Shown: piece by piece, positions 1 through 8,927 of the stretch | Layout of the letters: the number at the start of each line of letters is the position of its first letter | Position numbering within the stretch: the first letter of the stretch is position 1 | Assembly: GCA_947475715.1 (NCBI GenBank) | Contig: CANJNY010000007.1 | Span: 4,565 to 68,564, forward strand | DNA length: 64,000 bases | Direction of reading: 5' to 3' | DNA from: Prolixibacteraceae bacterium | GTDB lineage: Bacteria; Bacteroidota; Bacteroidia; Bacteroidales; Prolixibacteraceae | Translations under genes and position numbers: made by a program | Notes under the pieces: model-generated | What the model saw: only the letters and a program-made list of their open reading frames with translations | What the model was told of the DNA's origin: nothing | The model's database searches: none

Positions 1-281
1 CCCTGCGAGTTTACCGTAAAAGCCTCTTGAATTACCAATTTCTGAAATTCAGGATTATAAACAATTCGTGTTTCACCATACAGACTCTGAAAGGAACGAT
101 AAGTAAGAAGCTTCTGCTTTTTTTCAACTGAATTGACTATACTTCCATCTTTATTGAGGATAAAAGTTCTGGTCAGGTTCAAATAAACGGCATCGGCCTC
201 GGGATAGATTTTCTCAGGCGTATTCGTACATGAAAGCAAAATAAAGAAAACTAACAAACAGAATAATTGCATGATTTTCAT
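1..281 (-). CDS. DUF3857-like lipoprotein, N-terminal fragment (gene runs off the left edge)
   Basis: Not in the ORF track because no stop lies in the window. Reverse-strand ATG at 279-281. My translation is MKIMQLFCLLVFFILLSCTNTPEKIYPEADAVYLNL...IVYNPEFQKLVIQEAFTVNSQG, with a lipobox-like LLSC and a DUF3857-type beta-rich start. It begins 11 nt after the stop of the upstream 651-aa gene. Confidence 0.5.
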   Translation of the reverse strand, partial: MKIMQLFCLLVFFILLSCTNTPEKIYPEADAVYLNLTRTFILNKDGSIVNSVEKKQKLLTYRSFQSLYGETRIVYNPEFQKLVIQEAFTVNSQ

Positions 282-292
282 ATCGTTATACT

Positions 293-2248
293 TTATAAGG
301 TTAGGATAACCGGATTCTCTGCAATTGCCTTCTGCATTTTCACTGCACTTCGATACGAAGGCCAGTCTTCGGGAGAATAGATCCGTTTGTTGAAATCGGC
401 CCGCTCGTTCAGCTTAAGTTGATTTCCCGTGAATGAATATGCGGCTTCAAAAGTGGCTCCTGATCCCTTGACCTTACTGATTGTCGGTGTCCATGACAAT
501 TTATACCCGACAGGTAATGTTGTGTTATCAGTTATCTCTATACTTCTGGAACAGGCATCGCGAAATGGAAAGCGTTTTGAATCAGCTTTCACATCAGCTG
601 CCAGATGTCGCATGGCTGCGGAAAAGATGCCTGATGCGGCCAATGGAGTAAAGATAATTGATTGATCGGCCACCGTGGCATAATCTGAAATAACAAAACT
701 AATCTTCAAATCAATAGGGCCGGACATATAGTTATATGGATCATCACCATAGCTGCTATTCAGAATTTTAGCCTGGGGAGCGATTTTCAGCAACTCATTT
801 TCAAGATTGTTTTTCCATAACGCCTTGTATGAACCGGTAAACATCCTGCGAAGGCTTGCGTCAGATTGCCCCTCGGCAGTGACTGAAATTTCACCGGTCA
901 ATGTCCCCTCCTGATTAAGTTCAGAGGTGGCATTTATTTTTACATAATGATTTTCAGGTGAAGAAACCGGAGTTTCAAGCAAATCGGAACCACCCGGAAT
1001 TCCAGGAAGGTAGTTTTGCTGTTGCTCGGCGCTGGACCATATTTCCCGCACAAAAGGGACCCAGGTAGGATCCAGCATATGTAATTTACCATCTGAAAGT
1101 TTCACCGCAGTAACCGAGTGATTAAACTGGTCAGCTGGGATCCGATCGATGCGTGAGCCTGCCATGGTCATCGAAGGATAAGCCTCGAAGCCTGCGGATC
1201 GAAGCATCGTAACCAGCATTCCTGCTTTATCTTTACAAACCCCGCAACGGTCAAGGAAATTCATGCTTCCGCGATGTAAAGTAAATCCTTCTCCCTTTCC
1301 CATTGAAAGTCCCAGGTATCGTAATTCATCAGCAACCCAGTGGGTCAGCTTGCTCACCGAATCTATTTCGGAGGTAGCACCCTTGAGAATCTCCTTAACT
1401 TTCTGATCTATTTCGGGTGTTGATTTAAAACTTCCGTAATCTTCGTTGACCTGATAAAACCATCTTGATTTTGCCTGCCAGTCAGGAGAGGTGGATAGGA
1501 GCAATTTTGGTGCAACATCTGACAATGAAACCATGCCCGGTTCGGGGGTGATCGGAGCTATATTTGAAAGAGAAAAGGCATAAACGGTACTTTCAGTGCC
1601 TTTAACTTTAGAAATATCCAATTTCCCATTATAGACCTGGTAATTAACAACCTTTGAATTTGGTATTGAGACCTGATAAACCTTCGAAAGCACGGGTGAA
1701 TCTGACCAGAAAGGGACAATATCATAAAAATGCCCCTTCATTGGTGGTATATATTTTTCATCATCACCTTGTTGGTCCAGTAAGGCATAAGTAAATCCCT
1801 TTTTGGAGACATAAACTTCAAATGCATCACCTGCCTCAAGGCGTCCAATTTCGGTCATTTTCTGCCTCGCCCCCCATAGGATGGTGCCTGCCGGAGCGGG
1901 ATAATCGGTTTCATCCTTCAAGGTCAGTTCACGCTCATTCCCATTTTTATAATAAATGATAATTTTTTGGATCTCGACAAAGGCAGACAACGGATCGTAA
2001 TCATATTTATAAACATTAAAATGCTTTCCACCGGCAGGAGTAAGAATTTTGATAAGCTGATGCTCATTATAATAGCTTAGGCCGCTCTCCTGCATCTTCA
2101 CTTTTGTACTATCAAAAATAGCAATATAATCACTCTTTTGAAATTGAACGTACGATCCGGCTTTCGCAATCAGTGAGCGCATTGGCGAAGCAGAAGCTAC
2201 CGGAACAGATCCGAATCCCAGCAATAACAAAAACAGGAATCTTTTCAT
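293..2248 (-). CDS. DUF3857 domain plus transglutaminase-like (cysteine protease fold) protein, secreted
   Basis: 651-aa ORF with signal peptide MKRFLFLLLLGFGSVPVASA. It has a transglutaminase-core-like segment GVCKDKAGMLVTMLRSAGFEAY...NHSVTAV...DPTW (Cys/His/Asp spacing). Confidence 0.7.
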   Translation of the reverse strand: MKRFLFLLLLGFGSVPVASASPMRSLIAKAGSYVQFQKSDYIAIFDSTKVKMQESGLSYYNEHQLIKILTPAGGKHFNVYKYDYDPLSAFVEIQKIIIYYKNGNERELTLKDETDYPAPAGTILWGARQKMTEIGRLEAGDAFEVYVSKKGFTYALLDQQGDDEKYIPPMKGHFYDIVPFWSDSPVLSKVYQVSIPNSKVVNYQVYNGKLDISKVKGTESTVYAFSLSNIAPITPEPGMVSLSDVAPKLLLSTSPDWQAKSRWFYQVNEDYGSFKSTPEIDQKVKEILKGATSEIDSVSKLTHWVADELRYLGLSMGKGEGFTLHRGSMNFLDRCGVCKDKAGMLVTMLRSAGFEAYPSMTMAGSRIDRIPADQFNHSVTAVKLSDGKLHMLDPTWVPFVREIWSSAEQQQNYLPGIPGGSDLLETPVSSPENHYVKINATSELNQEGTLTGEISVTAEGQSDASLRRMFTGSYKALWKNNLENELLKIAPQAKILNSSYGDDPYNYMSGPIDLKISFVISDYATVADQSIIFTPLAASGIFSAAMRHLAADVKADSKRFPFRDACSRSIEITDNTTLPVGYKLSWTPTISKVKGSGATFEAAYSFTGNQLKLNERADFNKRIYSPEDWPSYRSAVKMQKAIAENPVILTL

Positions 2249-2372
2249 GATTCAAAATTTAGGGGTTAAGAGACAAGCTGAATTTATAATCCTCTAATTA
2301 ACAATGAGATAAGCTCTGAAATCAGGTGTTATTTTCATGATTTACATATCCGCATTTAAACCAACAAGATAA

Positions 2373-5300
2373 TTATTTAATAAGTAAAAGGTATCCTTTT
2401 CCACCTGGTATTGAAATGGGTTGGTTTAAATCAAGTTCGATTTCGGGTTGAAAATTATCAACTGCCAATCCTTTCGCTTTTAACGATTTAGGGGTAAATC
2501 CAAGTTTCTTAATATCCAGGTCAAGCTTTACCTCTGAATCACCTGGATTCCAGTTTGCCACAGCAATTAGAACTTCATCCTTTTTAAGGTAAACCGATGC
2601 TTTGACCTTTTCATTAGTACTCCTTATTGGCGAGGCGCTATCCCAGAAACCGATCATTTCGGCATGCTGAATCCCAAAATTGTCCCAGAATTTCCACAGC
2701 GATGCCGGATCACCGGACCATGGAGCACGTGCAGTCATCCCAAAGAGCATTCCTCTCCACGGATTCCCCCCCTTTTCGAGCATCTCACCCATCAATCCGA
2801 ATGGTATTCCTGAAGTTTCTATAAGCCAGAAATCGGGAGGGAAATCATAATTAAAATATTCACCGAACCACAGGCGATCAATAAACGGGAAATGTTCAAG
2901 GTAGAGATTCGCGCTATTGGCAAAACCATCCCTGGGATTGAACTGATTGGCAGAATGAACATCTATCAACGATTCAGGATTACTTTTCGTAAGTATCTTG
3001 CGCACCCGTTTCATCGTGGTACGATCAAAGGCAATGTCGTCGATATAAATCCCGTCGATACCTACATTTTTCACAAGCCAGTTCATCCCTTCGACGTAAT
3101 AATTATGCCACCTTGAAATGCCGGAAGTGATGATTGCAGCATCCTTTAAATCAGGAACAAACCAGGCGGCGATATAATTCGAGTCGAGGTGTTCCTGTAA
3201 CCAGGAGAACCCACCACCCTTTCCATGTGAGAGAACCTCATCGCCAAGGCTACGAAGCATAAATAGCTCAGGCGATTTATTCGAAAGTTCCCGTACAGTA
3301 TAATAGATTTTAACCTTCAACCCTTCGGTATGTGCAGAATCAATATAGCTCTTCATTGTTTGAGGGCGAAGGAACGGATAATTGATATAGGGGTTTATCG
3401 CGTTAGCATGATGGATATTAATCGTATTTGAACCATAGGACTTGATCGTATCGATTGGTTTATAGCTGTGATAATAGCGGTCGTGCCATTGTTTGGTTGT
3501 ATTAATTGTTCTGAATGGGGTAATGAGGAAGTTAAAATAAAAATGAAGTTGTTCCCCTTTTTTAATTGTCCGTTCACCAGAATATGAAGAGAGCAGAACG
3601 GCATCAGTTCCCTGTGAAATGATATCGATTCCTCCATTCGCACTATTAAACCATGAATCAGGCATATAAAGCGGTTTTGAAAGATAAAAGTTGGTATTTA
3701 GCGGACGGGAATAATGGTTGTCCCGAAGGCGAACCTGAAGACCCGCATTCACATCTCCGATCCAAGGGCCATCCTGATTGTTCTCAACCTTCCATTTCCA
3801 TTTAAGTTCAGCGGGGCGAAATCCACCTTTTTGTCCAAGACCCATCATATATTTAGTCGCCTCCGGTTTAAACGGAACTTCGAGACGGATATCGCTAACC
3901 TTCATATCCTCCCTGGCCGTTAATACAAACTGATAGTCGATATTACCATCAAACTCCATCTGTCCCTTTCCTTTTAAGCTGAGTGAAGATGTTTCATTCT
4001 CAATATCCCACGCCACAGCACCCTCAGCTTTTTTGGTGAAATGATACGTGGGTTTATTCCAAACCGAGATTTTTTTATCTTGTTCAACAATAAAATGAAC
4101 AGGTGCAGCCAGGAGCTCGCGTCCTTGAGGTAATATTTTAGTTACACTCTCCGAAAAATGAGAAGTGATACTTTCAGGCAAACCAAACTGATTCAGTGTG
4201 ACTTCCCTTCCCAGACATTCAATTGTATTTCCGTTAACGGTCAAAGGAGTATAGGGAGCCACCGTTTCATCATTATTCTCAAGGGTGGAATTCAACCAGC
4301 GCAGCCGCGACATTTTTCCGGGATCGTTATCTCCCGAAGCGATGATTTCAGCAGATTCAATCTCCATTTTAAGTGGAATTACTTTGGCCGGCATATTCTT
4401 TGGAATTAACTTAACCTCACCTTTGTAAATGCCGGCTGCAATATCCTCAGGCACCTGAAAACCTACCCACAGTGGTTGAACTTTTCCCTTTCCCACCGGG
4501 CATTTTTTAACAAAAGTTTTCCCCTCCCAGTCAATACCACCAAGATTAAAGCACGTAAATGATTCTGAACCTATTTTTCCCATCCCTCCATTTATCAGGG
4601 GAGAAAAAGTTATTTTAATATCTTCCATTTCCCCTGTTACCGGATAAACCCCGATCTGAAATGTAAAATATTCACCCTTTTTAGCTTTGCCCGAGAACCC
4701 CTTGCCTGCCCCGTCTGCAATCCATTTAGCCGGCAGGTCTGTTGTCATCTTAATCTGATTTTCTCGGCTTTCGGTAAATGTGAGGTATGCCGCATTGCCA
4801 TTTTTCTTAACCAGTGTATTCACCTCATCCTTTGTTGCGATTAGTTCCATCGGATAAAAGGAATTAAAGTCATCAACAGATTGAAACTGAACGATGGAAG
4901 CCAGTGGAACTGATTTAAGGTTTTTCTTTGCTGATTCAGCTTTGGATAACCATTCAGCTGAGGCGCTCTGCAGGAATCCGGGATATTTTATTTTAGGATA
5001 GTTCGATTTCCCGTCGGCTTTATACTTCAGGAAATAAAAATAATACTCACCGGAGGCGCTGGATTGAAATAGCACATCTCCAAATTCGCGGTTAACTGTT
5101 ACAGGAAGGAGGTTCTGCACTAATTTTCCGGTTGAGGCCTCGATAATAAGGATGCTTTTCAGTTCAGGGTGAAAATCACGACGACGCCAGGGGATATGTG
5201 CCAAAACTATTTCGGATTGCTTATCCACGTTCATTACAACGCGATGATTACCCAGAGAATCGGCATTCCAGGTTCCTGTACCATAAAGCCGGGAAGCCGG

Positions 5301-5378
5301 AATTGCAGTCTGAGCCTGCAGGTTATTTACCTGGCAAAGACTCATTAAAAGCATCAAAATCAGAAATGTAGTTTTCAT
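2373..5378 (-). CDS. Large secreted glycoside-hydrolase-like protein (GH123-like / DUF4091-DUF6067 type TIM-barrel region at the C-terminus); function unknown
   Basis: 1001-aa ORF with signal peptide MKTTFLILMLLMSLCQVNNLQA. The C-terminal half (IHHANAINPY...VKIYYTVRELS...GIDGIYIDDIAFD...WFGEYF) resembles uncharacterised GH-like barrels. The family call is from memory only. Confidence 0.5.
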   Translation of the reverse strand: MKTTFLILMLLMSLCQVNNLQAQTAIPASRLYGTGTWNADSLGNHRVVMNVDKQSEIVLAHIPWRRRDFHPELKSILIIEASTGKLVQNLLPVTVNREFGDVLFQSSASGEYYFYFLKYKADGKSNYPKIKYPGFLQSASAEWLSKAESAKKNLKSVPLASIVQFQSVDDFNSFYPMELIATKDEVNTLVKKNGNAAYLTFTESRENQIKMTTDLPAKWIADGAGKGFSGKAKKGEYFTFQIGVYPVTGEMEDIKITFSPLINGGMGKIGSESFTCFNLGGIDWEGKTFVKKCPVGKGKVQPLWVGFQVPEDIAAGIYKGEVKLIPKNMPAKVIPLKMEIESAEIIASGDNDPGKMSRLRWLNSTLENNDETVAPYTPLTVNGNTIECLGREVTLNQFGLPESITSHFSESVTKILPQGRELLAAPVHFIVEQDKKISVWNKPTYHFTKKAEGAVAWDIENETSSLSLKGKGQMEFDGNIDYQFVLTAREDMKVSDIRLEVPFKPEATKYMMGLGQKGGFRPAELKWKWKVENNQDGPWIGDVNAGLQVRLRDNHYSRPLNTNFYLSKPLYMPDSWFNSANGGIDIISQGTDAVLLSSYSGERTIKKGEQLHFYFNFLITPFRTINTTKQWHDRYYHSYKPIDTIKSYGSNTINIHHANAINPYINYPFLRPQTMKSYIDSAHTEGLKVKIYYTVRELSNKSPELFMLRSLGDEVLSHGKGGGFSWLQEHLDSNYIAAWFVPDLKDAAIITSGISRWHNYYVEGMNWLVKNVGIDGIYIDDIAFDRTTMKRVRKILTKSNPESLIDVHSANQFNPRDGFANSANLYLEHFPFIDRLWFGEYFNYDFPPDFWLIETSGIPFGLMGEMLEKGGNPWRGMLFGMTARAPWSGDPASLWKFWDNFGIQHAEMIGFWDSASPIRSTNEKVKASVYLKKDEVLIAVANWNPGDSEVKLDLDIKKLGFTPKSLKAKGLAVDNFQPEIELDLNQPISIPGGKGYLLLIK

Positions 5379-5635
5379 GGTACTTTAATTAGGTTTTGAT
5401 TTCAAAATCAAGAAACTACAATGAAAAACCATTGTATCTCCGTAAAACTCTTTGACTCACGCAAAGAGGCAAGGTCGCAAAGAAAAAAAATAAATTAAAT
5501 TCAAAATAGGTATTCAGAAATCACTTAGAGCATTAACTATAAATGTCTAAATAATTAATTATATACAAATTAACCTTTACGTATTTACGGCTTTGCGTGA
5601 TTTTATATTGTTTTTCCGGCATGAAAATATTTTAA

Positions 5636-7132
5636 CTATTCTCTTTTAAAATATTTCCGCCAAAACTCTTCGGGGACATATTCCGACCGGTAAGGGACAA
5701 AAAAGGCATGTAATTCCCAGAGTATTTTTCCGGAATCTGTTGTAACCATCACCGTGCCGGTTTTTGCACTGGTTTGTAATAAATTTCCGTTTGGTAAAAG
5801 GTAAGCACTCCCCATTCGGGAAGTATATTTTGATTTGGGAAGAGGTGCGTTTATTTTTGTAATTGCGCTCTTGGACCTGGAATCCAGATCAAAAGAGAGT
5901 GCACGTGACTCCTTTTTGAAAAGATTATTATCAAAAAGCATAAGCTCACCTCTGGAGTTCAGATTTATCGAGTGCTGGAACGAAAACCAGGCTGAAGTAT
6001 CCATTTTGAAATCTCCGTTTTTGCCAAATTTCCACATGATTTGACCACTTTTTGAATTAATTTTCCATATTTGATCCTCCACTGCGACAGAGACCAGGTA
6101 ATTACTGTCTTTGTCAAAAATAAGGGAATTCATATGAAAACGGTCGTAGGCAAACCGTTTGATAAAGGGATCCTTTTTAATATCCCAATGGTCCCACACG
6201 CTCCATTTATGAATCTCACGTCCGGTGCTATCAATTACCAAAATTCCGTCACCACCCAGAGTATCGATGCCAGATCCGCCAATCTGGGCCATATTGATAA
6301 TCTTCTTTGGTCTGTAAAGGGTGTGAACATATCCACGTTTATCCTTCAGTACATCATGATGAATAACTTTGAATTCACTATTATCGAGCTTATCCAGATC
6401 AATACGCCAAAGCATTTTCCCGGTAAGGTCTATCTCTGCAATTGCAGTTCCACCGGCAAAACCCATGCTTCCACGCCGCATTGGTACATGAAGTTCGTTG
6501 AGGATCTCTACTTCACTCTTGGGAGTATCGTCTATGGCATCCGTTTTCGGTGGCCTGAGCATCGCAAGAATTGTCCCCTGAGGAGTAAATGTTGCAGCCC
6601 TTATCCCAATATCATTAATTTGCCAGTACCACCGGATTTGACCTTTTCCGTCGACCATTGCAATGTATCCGGGAATACGGCCATAACAAAGCATAATCAA
6701 ACCATCACCGAGAGCCGTTTGATCGTGAGGCTGTTCCTGACTTATCCATGGAATCTTAAGCCACGGAGATTGTTTGGGAGTATGAAAGGAGAATATTTTT
6801 GAGCTTTGACCCATAAAATGGTCCATTACAATCTGATACTCATAAGTGGTATCAGTCTGAAGCAACATAAGGTGGGCTGTATGCTCCAATGATTCAGCTG
6901 TTTCTGTTGTTCTGAATTTCTCATCCGAACCTTTGATCCAGTAACGCACATACAATGCGGAAGGTTTGTTCAGGTTGATTTTTATATTCTCCTGAAAAGC
7001 CAGGTTATTGGGAGAGGTTAGGACTACGCTTTGGATTTGAATATCCTGAAGAAACCAGGTTATTGCTAAAACCAAAAATATGATCACAAAAAAACCGGGG
7101 ATCAAAATCTTCATCAATTTCTTCATGGTCAA
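5636..7132 (-). CDS. Arylsulfotransferase (ASST)-family beta-propeller protein, N-terminally membrane-anchored
   Basis: 498-aa ORF with an N-terminal hydrophobic anchor (ILIPGFFVIIFLVLAITWFL). It has ASST-like His motifs VIHHDV, RFHMNSL and SFQHSINL, and repeated propeller-like WxW/GxI blades. Confidence 0.6.
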   Translation of the reverse strand: MTMKKLMKILIPGFFVIIFLVLAITWFLQDIQIQSVVLTSPNNLAFQENIKINLNKPSALYVRYWIKGSDEKFRTTETAESLEHTAHLMLLQTDTTYEYQIVMDHFMGQSSKIFSFHTPKQSPWLKIPWISQEQPHDQTALGDGLIMLCYGRIPGYIAMVDGKGQIRWYWQINDIGIRAATFTPQGTILAMLRPPKTDAIDDTPKSEVEILNELHVPMRRGSMGFAGGTAIAEIDLTGKMLWRIDLDKLDNSEFKVIHHDVLKDKRGYVHTLYRPKKIINMAQIGGSGIDTLGGDGILVIDSTGREIHKWSVWDHWDIKKDPFIKRFAYDRFHMNSLIFDKDSNYLVSVAVEDQIWKINSKSGQIMWKFGKNGDFKMDTSAWFSFQHSINLNSRGELMLFDNNLFKKESRALSFDLDSRSKSAITKINAPLPKSKYTSRMGSAYLLPNGNLLQTSAKTGTVMVTTDSGKILWELHAFFVPYRSEYVPEEFWRKYFKRE

Positions 7133-7268
7133 TTTTTATTATTCTACAAAGGTTTAATTGCTGCAGATTTCCTTACCGCAGCTAAGTTACTATAATGGTA
7201 TTACTTGAATTGATTTCCGAAACCTTCTTGGAAAATCATTCATATTTAATCAGGGAATCTCCAATTTT

Positions 7269-7305
7269 AAAAAACTGCCGGATACCTTCTATTAGTATCC
7301 GACAG
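7269..7305 (-). terminator. Rho-independent terminator downstream of the SusD-like gene
   Basis: Minus-strand RNA reads CUGUCGGAUAC-uaauagaag-GUAUCCGGCAG followed by UUUUUU. This is an 11-bp stem with one G-U pair, 58 nt after the SusD-like stop. Confidence 0.65.
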
Positions 7306-7362
7306 TTTACACACTATTTATTAAGAATCGAAACCGATATTATTTAGGGCACCAGGTGTCCA

Positions 7363-8889
7363 CTATGGCAATCTGTTATTGTTCTCTGCTGCCATATATG
7401 TATTCAGCTGAGAATCGACCAATGGATAAGGGAGAAATTTCATATTGGGCTTTACAGATGCACTCAGGCCGCGTGATGTAAGATAAGCATTACAGGTCTC
7501 CTCATATTTCCCGAAGCGGATCAAATCAGGCCGGCGTTTGTATTCGAAAACAAGTTCAAATCCGCGCTCGTCCAGGATCTTTTGAGCCATCTCTGGTTTT
7601 GATGCCGGAACCGGGAAGCCAACAGAGCCATATACAGGTGCTCCTGCCCTGGCTCTGATTGTGTTAAGGAAAGGGAGAGCTGCAGAAGGACCTGAAAGTT
7701 CATTTTCGATCTCTGCCTTATTTAAAATTACATCCTCTATTCTTAACACAGGGATTGTTCTGCCATCATAATAGGAGTCTGATACCATTTCGTAGGAGTA
7801 CTTTTTAGTAGCCACATTGACCAGCAATTTAGTCGTATCATTGGGTGGTGTTGTTTGTCCGGCGGCTGGCATCATATAATAAAATCCATGGTCGGTTGAG
7901 CCATCACGGGGATCTTTACCCTCATAATTAAAATAAAAGAACTCTTTGCGGGGATCTGCATCACTATACTTTCTCCAGAACTGAAGTGAAACAGCATAAT
8001 ATTGCCATCTGTTAGTTACCTCGCGATGATCTGCAGGGCCAAAATGGTTTGCAATTTCGCCACCATTCATAGCTGCTTCATGCATGATACAAAATATCAT
8101 CCCTTTATCAAACTTATTACTTTCGGACCAAACGTTTTTGAAATCAGGATTTAACGCATATACTCCGGCATCCTTAAGTGTCAAAACCTGATCAATATAT
8201 GTTTTAGCATTGGCATAATCATGCGATCTCATATAAACCTGACCAAGCAGAGTCAAAGCTGCCCCTTTGGTTGCCCGGGATAATCCATCTGCAGAACTCC
8301 ATGACTGGGGAAGGTTCTCACTTGCATATTTACAATCTTCTATAATTGCTTTATCGACATCTGCAACAGGTGCCAATGCCACATTAATAAGTCCGGAGGG
8401 AGACATCACATCCAGGATCAGAGGAACCGGCCCCCAGGCATCTGTTAAATCCCTGTAAGCCAGAGCCCTTAAAAATCTGGCTTGTCCCATAACCTGATTC
8501 TTCTTTTCATCGGTCATTGGGACATCTTTTACTTTAGACAACAACAGGTTGGCATTACTGATTACCTGAAACATATATTGCCAATTGTACCGAATATACC
8601 GGTTGTTTGCATCATAGGTAAAATTGGACATTTTCGTCGGGTCACCGGCTGCTGTAGAGAATCCCATATCGGTGGTATAATCTGTGGTCATAATCAGATA
8701 ACCATTATAGTACATCCACCCATCACCCGGGAATGGAGCAAGATCGGCATAGACACCCACCAGTGCAGCATTAATGTCGCTCTCTGATGAATAAGCATTC
8801 CCCGTAGTTAAATCAGTGTAAAACTTCGGCTCTAATTTTGTACAACCAACCATCAGGGCCAGTGCAAGAATTAAATATGTATATTTCAT
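7363..8889 (-). CDS. SusD/RagB-family nutrient-binding outer-membrane lipoprotein
   Basis: 508 aa with lipoprotein signal MKYTYLILALALMVGC. TPR-like SusD sequence features are present (ARFLRALAYRDL, LGQVYMR). It lies immediately downstream of SusC. Confidence 0.9.
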   Translation of the reverse strand: MKYTYLILALALMVGCTKLEPKFYTDLTTGNAYSSESDINAALVGVYADLAPFPGDGWMYYNGYLIMTTDYTTDMGFSTAAGDPTKMSNFTYDANNRYIRYNWQYMFQVISNANLLLSKVKDVPMTDEKKNQVMGQARFLRALAYRDLTDAWGPVPLILDVMSPSGLINVALAPVADVDKAIIEDCKYASENLPQSWSSADGLSRATKGAALTLLGQVYMRSHDYANAKTYIDQVLTLKDAGVYALNPDFKNVWSESNKFDKGMIFCIMHEAAMNGGEIANHFGPADHREVTNRWQYYAVSLQFWRKYSDADPRKEFFYFNYEGKDPRDGSTDHGFYYMMPAAGQTTPPNDTTKLLVNVATKKYSYEMVSDSYYDGRTIPVLRIEDVILNKAEIENELSGPSAALPFLNTIRARAGAPVYGSVGFPVPASKPEMAQKILDERGFELVFEYKRRPDLIRFGKYEETCNAYLTSRGLSASVKPNMKFLPYPLVDSQLNTYMAAENNNRLP

Positions 8890-8927
8890 ATCGTTTATCT
8901 TTTATATGTTAACAATTAAACGGGGTG

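Noticed and set aside
6071-6802. 243-aa plus-strand ORF, and many other ORFs of 60-185 aa in the track (for example 32168-32686, 34269-34826, 61902-62372, 28438-28830, 20382-20714)
   Set aside because: Each lies entirely antisense to, or out of frame within, a long ORF that has clear family motifs. Their translations are low-complexity with no recognisable motifs, so I treat them as shadow ORFs.
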